Of a stretch of 64,000 nt of DNA, positions 60,601-64,000 are shown in pieces. Made by a program: the position numbers and the translations under genes. This DNA is from an uncultured Collinsella sp. (lineage in GTDB: Bacteria; Actinomycetota; Coriobacteriia; Coriobacteriales; Coriobacteriaceae), in NCBI GenBank assembly GCA_902493535.1, contig CABUQG010000007.1, positions 887 to 64,886 on the forward strand, written 5' to 3'. How positions within the stretch are numbered: position 1 is the stretch's first letter; every line of letters starts with the position of its first letter. The notes beneath the pieces are model-generated. The model did no database searches. It was given only the letters and a program-made list of their open reading frames with translations, and was not told the origin of the DNA.

Positions 60601-60964
60601 GCTGCAGACCATGTGGCGCTCCAACCGCGGCAAGACCGGGGACGATTCCTTTAGCGCGAGCGATATCGACATCGCGCAGATGTGCCTTGCCATCGATGCT
60701 CGCACGCCGGTCGACGAGCGCTCGGTGGAAAGCGGCTTGGGAATCTTCGAAGAGCTTGGTTTTTGTCGCGTTTCGGGGTTTGACGACACCCGTCGCATCG
60801 CGATGGCCGAAAACCCCGGCCGCGTGCAATTGAGCAGGTCAATTCGCTATTTGGAGGGCTTGCGCTCGCGCATGGAGTTCTCGGCTTTCCGGAGTTGGGC
60901 GCTCGATTCGTGCGCTTCTGATATGCTAGCCAAAGTTAACCGCCCGATCGTACCGCGGGCCTAG
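57677..60964 (+). CDS. recJ: RecJ ssDNA exonuclease fused to a C-terminal RecQ-like SF2 helicase
   Basis: GDFDVDG, TVDNG, TDHH, PRLNAAGR and GGHAGA (RecJ), then GTGRGKS, DEAHH, ATATA and QMSGRAGRDG (helicase), all in one frame. Confidence 0.9.
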   Translation: MSSLKTTHRWAVARQNPELEKELSAGLGIPGLVARIMVAHGIDSIKEGQLFLTPSLDRDWADPLIIPGMSVVADRVERAIRNHEHIAVFGDFDVDGITSTCLLTEALRTFGADVTPFIPHRFDEGYGLSRAALDRINELARPQLIVTVDNGIAAKEEVSYLEDLGIDLVVTDHHEPSDQVPQGVPLTDPKLEDEGPSRELAGAGVALKLVQVLGERLGKPSYWRSLIEVAALGTVSDMMPLTPENRALVAEGIQQMRVTARPGYIALAALAKADLSSITADGLSFSLIPRLNAAGRMADPKLALDLLLARNPIEASALAAELEEINRQRREIEAELTRDAMAKVEETYDGGRAIVVGGEGWHEGVKGIVASRLTNRYHVPALLFSIEDGIARGSGRSVGKVNLFDAVERCSDLLIRRGGHAGAVGVTIEASKLDEFRRRLSAVLSEIPAEDFEDIDEVAATVDLSELNIETIEQISRLEPFGQGNKVPLLAAEGVTMCDRAVVGKTGEHMRFVATDGAASVPAIMFRVPQIDKLINCDSAVDLVFEAVAEHWQGRVKPKLMIKDVLVRDTTLPSVDDPACELRRGVQPADSGLRLESRKRETLAQLSYTELTRSLIHSFIGSNQPHRAQVEALDALADHQSVLAVMGTGRGKSLIFHVHAAREAVLRGRASIFVYPLRALVADQAYHLSSTMAALGIGVGVLTGETVEAARDDVFAGLASGRTGIVLTTPEFLSIHRDRFARSGRIGFVVIDEAHHAGLAKGGDRSAYLDMPDILKALGDPVVMAATATATAPVVAELARTLPITHTVVDETVRENLQLEDDRDLASRENRLVSIVATGEKTVIYVNSRDQSVALAKTLRKRVPDCATRIAFYNAGLTRTDRHRVEEAFRDGSLSCIVSTSAFGEGVNLPDIRHVVLYHMPFGGIEFNQMSGRAGRDGQPAVIHLLYSSRDARINERLLDCYAPERDELVTLYRALQTMWRSNRGKTGDDSFSASDIDIAQMCLAIDARTPVDERSVESGLGIFEELGFCRVSGFDDTRRIAMAENPGRVQLSRSIRYLEGLRSRMEFSAFRSWALDSCASDMLAKVNRPIVPRA

Positions 60965-60979
60965 GGGAAGGGGACCTCG

Positions 60980-63340
60980 ATGGATGCCGCAGCCCGTACC
61001 GCCCATGATTCTACCCTCCAGCCTTTTTCGGAGATGGAGCACTATAAGCATGCCGATGAGCTGCCGCCCGAGATTATGGCGGACAGCTACGACAAGCTGG
61101 AGCGCCTGTGCCTCAAATATATGAATGAGGACGACTTTTCTAAGGTTGAGCAGGCCTACTGCTTTGCCGCCGAGAAGCACTGCAACCAAAAGCGCCGCTC
61201 GGGCGAGATGTACATTAACCATCCCGTCGAGGTTGCCATCATTTTGGCCGATCTCAAGATGGACTGCGATGTGGTGTGCGCCGCGCTGCTGCACGATACC
61301 GTCGAGGATACCGAGACCTCGCTCGCCGATGTTTCCGGCCTGTTCGGCGATACGGTGGCCGAGCTCGTCGATGGCGTGACCAAGCTCACCAACATCGAAG
61401 TCGACAGCATGGACGAGAAGCAGGCGCTCACGCTGCGCAAGATGTTCCTCGCCATGTCCAAGGACATTCGCGTCATCATCGTTAAACTTGCCGACCGTCT
61501 GCACAACATGCGAACGCTGGCAGCCCTGCGCGAGGATCGTCGCCTGTTTAAGGCTCGCGAGACCATGGACGTGTACGCGCCCTTGGCCGACCGCCTGGGC
61601 ATGAGCTCTATTAAGTGGGAGCTCGAGGACCTGTCCTTCTTCTACCTGGAGCCCGATGCCTACCAGCGCATCGCGCGCATGGTGGCTGAGTCGCGCGAGG
61701 TCCGCGAGCGCTACCTTGCCGAGACCATCAAGACGCTTACCGATGAGCTCAACCGCATTGGTCTGGAGGACTTCCAGATCAACGGCCGCTCCAAGCACTA
61801 TTGGTCCATCTACCAAAAGATGAAGCGCAAGGGCAAGGAGTTCTCCGAGATCTACGACCTGGTGGCGCTGCGCGTTATTACCCATTCGGTGCGCGATTGT
61901 TACTCCACGCTCGGTGCGGTGCATACGCTGTGGCACCCCATGCCTGGTCGCTTTAAAGACTATATCGCCATGCCCAAGGTCAATAACTACCAGTCGCTCC
62001 ACACGACGGTCATCGGCCCTACGGCTCGTCCGCTCGAGATTCAGATTCGAACCTACGAGATGCATGAGCAGGCCGAGTACGGCATTGCCGCTCACTGGCT
62101 ATATAAGAAGTCGGGCGGATCGTCTGCTTCCAAGACCAATGACGCTCAACGTTTGGACGACCAGATCAACTGGCTCAAGCATTCGCTCGATTGGGCGGCT
62201 TCCGACGAGATCACCGATGCCAAGGAATACCTGCACTCGCTGAAGGTCGATCTGTTCGATCAGGAGATCTTTGTCTTCACGCCCAAAGGCGAGGTCATGG
62301 CGCTTCGTGCCGGTTCAACGCCGCTCGACTTTGCCTATGCCGTTCACACCGAGGTGGGAAACCACTGCGTCGGCGCCAAAATCAACGGTGCGGTGGCTCC
62401 GCTCACGCACGAGATCAAGACGGGCGACCGCGTTGAAATCCTGACTAACAAGAGTTCCAAGCCGTCGCGCGATTGGCTCAAGATCGTTAAGACACCTTCC
62501 GCCAAGTCAAAGATCCGCCGCTATTTTGCCGCTGCGACCAAGGACGACGACGCTGCCGCCGGTCGCGATATGCTGGCCAAGGATCTGCGTAAGCGTGGCT
62601 ATGGCATTTCTACGCCGCGTTCGACGCGTGCGCTCAATGCCGTGGCGGAGCAGTTTAACTTCAAGCAGCTCGAGGACCTGTTTGCCGCCGTCGGCGCCGG
62701 CAAGGTTGCCTCGCGCGCTGTGGGCAATAAGGTCGAGCAAATCTTGGACCCCAAGCCCGAGGAACAGCTCACCAAGGCCGAGGCTATCGCCGAGGTCGTG
62801 AAGCAGCCCGCTCGCGGCTCCAACCGCAAGCCTCAAAAGCGCGGCAAGAGCGCCAGTAACGGCATTATCGTCAAGGGCGAGAGCAACAGCGGCCTGCTGG
62901 TCCGTCTGGCTCATTGCTGCAACCCCGTGACGGGTGACGACATCGTCGGCTTCATCACGCGCGGTCGTGGCGTTTCGGTGCATCGCGCCAACTGCCCCAA
63001 CGTCAAGGGTCTTATGGAACATCCCGAGCGCATGATCGATGTGGAGTGGGACGGCGCTGCTGACACCCTCTTCCAGGTCGAGATCGTGGTCGAGTGCTTG
63101 GACCGCATGGGCCTGCTCAAGGATGTCACCATTGCCATTGGCGATGCGGGCGGCAATATCCTTTCTGCCGCCACGTCGACCAACCGCGAGGGTATTGCAA
63201 CCCTGCGCTTTATGGTCGAGATCTCGGACGCGAGTGGTCTGGATCCGCTGCTGGCTTCCATCAGCAGTGTCGATTCGGTCTACGACGCGCGCCGTCTTAT
63301 GCCCGGCGAAGGCGGAGCTCAGCTCAAGCGCCGTGTGTAG
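60980..63340 (+). CDS. relA: Bifunctional (p)ppGpp synthetase/hydrolase
   Basis: HD (ALLHDTVED), KLADRLHNMRT, YQSLHTTV, EIQIRT, TGS domain, CCNPVTGD and ACT domain. Confidence 0.96.
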   Translation: MDAAARTAHDSTLQPFSEMEHYKHADELPPEIMADSYDKLERLCLKYMNEDDFSKVEQAYCFAAEKHCNQKRRSGEMYINHPVEVAIILADLKMDCDVVCAALLHDTVEDTETSLADVSGLFGDTVAELVDGVTKLTNIEVDSMDEKQALTLRKMFLAMSKDIRVIIVKLADRLHNMRTLAALREDRRLFKARETMDVYAPLADRLGMSSIKWELEDLSFFYLEPDAYQRIARMVAESREVRERYLAETIKTLTDELNRIGLEDFQINGRSKHYWSIYQKMKRKGKEFSEIYDLVALRVITHSVRDCYSTLGAVHTLWHPMPGRFKDYIAMPKVNNYQSLHTTVIGPTARPLEIQIRTYEMHEQAEYGIAAHWLYKKSGGSSASKTNDAQRLDDQINWLKHSLDWAASDEITDAKEYLHSLKVDLFDQEIFVFTPKGEVMALRAGSTPLDFAYAVHTEVGNHCVGAKINGAVAPLTHEIKTGDRVEILTNKSSKPSRDWLKIVKTPSAKSKIRRYFAAATKDDDAAAGRDMLAKDLRKRGYGISTPRSTRALNAVAEQFNFKQLEDLFAAVGAGKVASRAVGNKVEQILDPKPEEQLTKAEAIAEVVKQPARGSNRKPQKRGKSASNGIIVKGESNSGLLVRLAHCCNPVTGDDIVGFITRGRGVSVHRANCPNVKGLMEHPERMIDVEWDGAADTLFQVEIVVECLDRMGLLKDVTIAIGDAGGNILSAATSTNREGIATLRFMVEISDASGLDPLLASISSVDSVYDARRLMPGEGGAQLKRRV

Positions 63341-63428
63341 GTGCGAGAGCCTCTCAGCATCATAGATATTGGTTACGTTTGAGGCATCGTTTGGTGCCTC
63401 AAACGTATTTTAGAAGGAGGGCATGCGC

Positions 63429-64000
63429 ATGGACGGTATGACTTTGGACCTGACACCCCGAGGCGCGGCTTCGATTGAGGTGCTCGTCAACGGCCCGATT
63501 CAGACCAACAGTTACGCCGTGATTTCGAATGACGAGTGCTTAATCGTCGATCCGGCGTGGGAGGGCGAGCGTCTTGTGGAGCATATCCGCACCGCGCATC
63601 CCGAGGTTCGCGTACTCGGCTCTGTCTGCACGCACGGTCATGCCGACCATGTTGGCGGGGTCGCCGGGGTTCGAGCTGTTGTTGGCGACAGCGCACTATA
63701 TGAGTTGTGCGCTAAGGACGTGACGGTACCTCGCGCGAATATCGAGGAGCAGCGCGCCATGTGGGGTATTGAGACGCCCGATCCGGGCGAGCCGACGCGG
63801 CTGCTTGCCGAGGGCGATACGATTGAATTGGGCGATATCTGCCTGCAGGTGATCGAGACGCCGGGGCATACGCCGGGCGGCATCGTCCTGTTCGCCGCGA
63901 CCGAGCAGGGGAACATCGCCTTTGTGGGCGACACGCTTTTCCCGGGCAGCCACGGTCGTACCGATCTTTCCGGCGGTGACGAGGCGGCGATTATGCGCTC
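63429..64000 (+). CDS. MBL-fold metallo-hydrolase (glyoxalase II-like), runs off the window
   Basis: Not in the ORF track. AAGGAGG SD; translation includes QTNSY, IVDP, THGHADH, TPGHTPG and FVGDTLF. Confidence 0.88.
   Translation, partial: MDGMTLDLTPRGAASIEVLVNGPIQTNSYAVISNDECLIVDPAWEGERLVEHIRTAHPEVRVLGSVCTHGHADHVGGVAGVRAVVGDSALYELCAKDVTVPRANIEEQRAMWGIETPDPGEPTRLLAEGDTIELGDICLQVIETPGHTPGGIVLFAATEQGNIAFVGDTLFPGSHGRTDLSGGDEAAIMR

Overview
High-GC chromosomal window from an anaerobic gut actinobacterium, most likely Coriobacteriia and Collinsella-like (inferred from gene content, not a database hit). Most of it is housekeeping and metabolic genes: pdxS/pdxR, rubrerythrin, ADH/ALDH, trmB, elp3, an FAD oxidoreductase-etfBA operon, azlCD, kdgT-like, purL, hom, livKKHMGF, cutC, recJ, relA. 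No rRNA, tRNA, CRISPR or transposase gene was seen. The most striking unexplained feature is a family of exactly 123-bp terminal-inverted-repeat elements. Two copies bracket a DUF559/Vsr-like nuclease gene and supply the stop codons of the adjacent genes, and a third copy stands alone. Other accessory signals: a 4 x 62-bp alternating-palindrome array; GGGACRGG-loop REP-like hairpins; an unannotated type I toxin-antitoxin-like locus with a LexA-like box; a Shango-like TerB/ATPase/helicase operon with a LexA-like box over its promoter; a five-gene cell-surface or fibre-like cluster; a RecJ-RecQ-like helicase fusion; a BaiA-like SDR; and two frameshifted genes. Family assignments come from motif recognition only, with no searches run.
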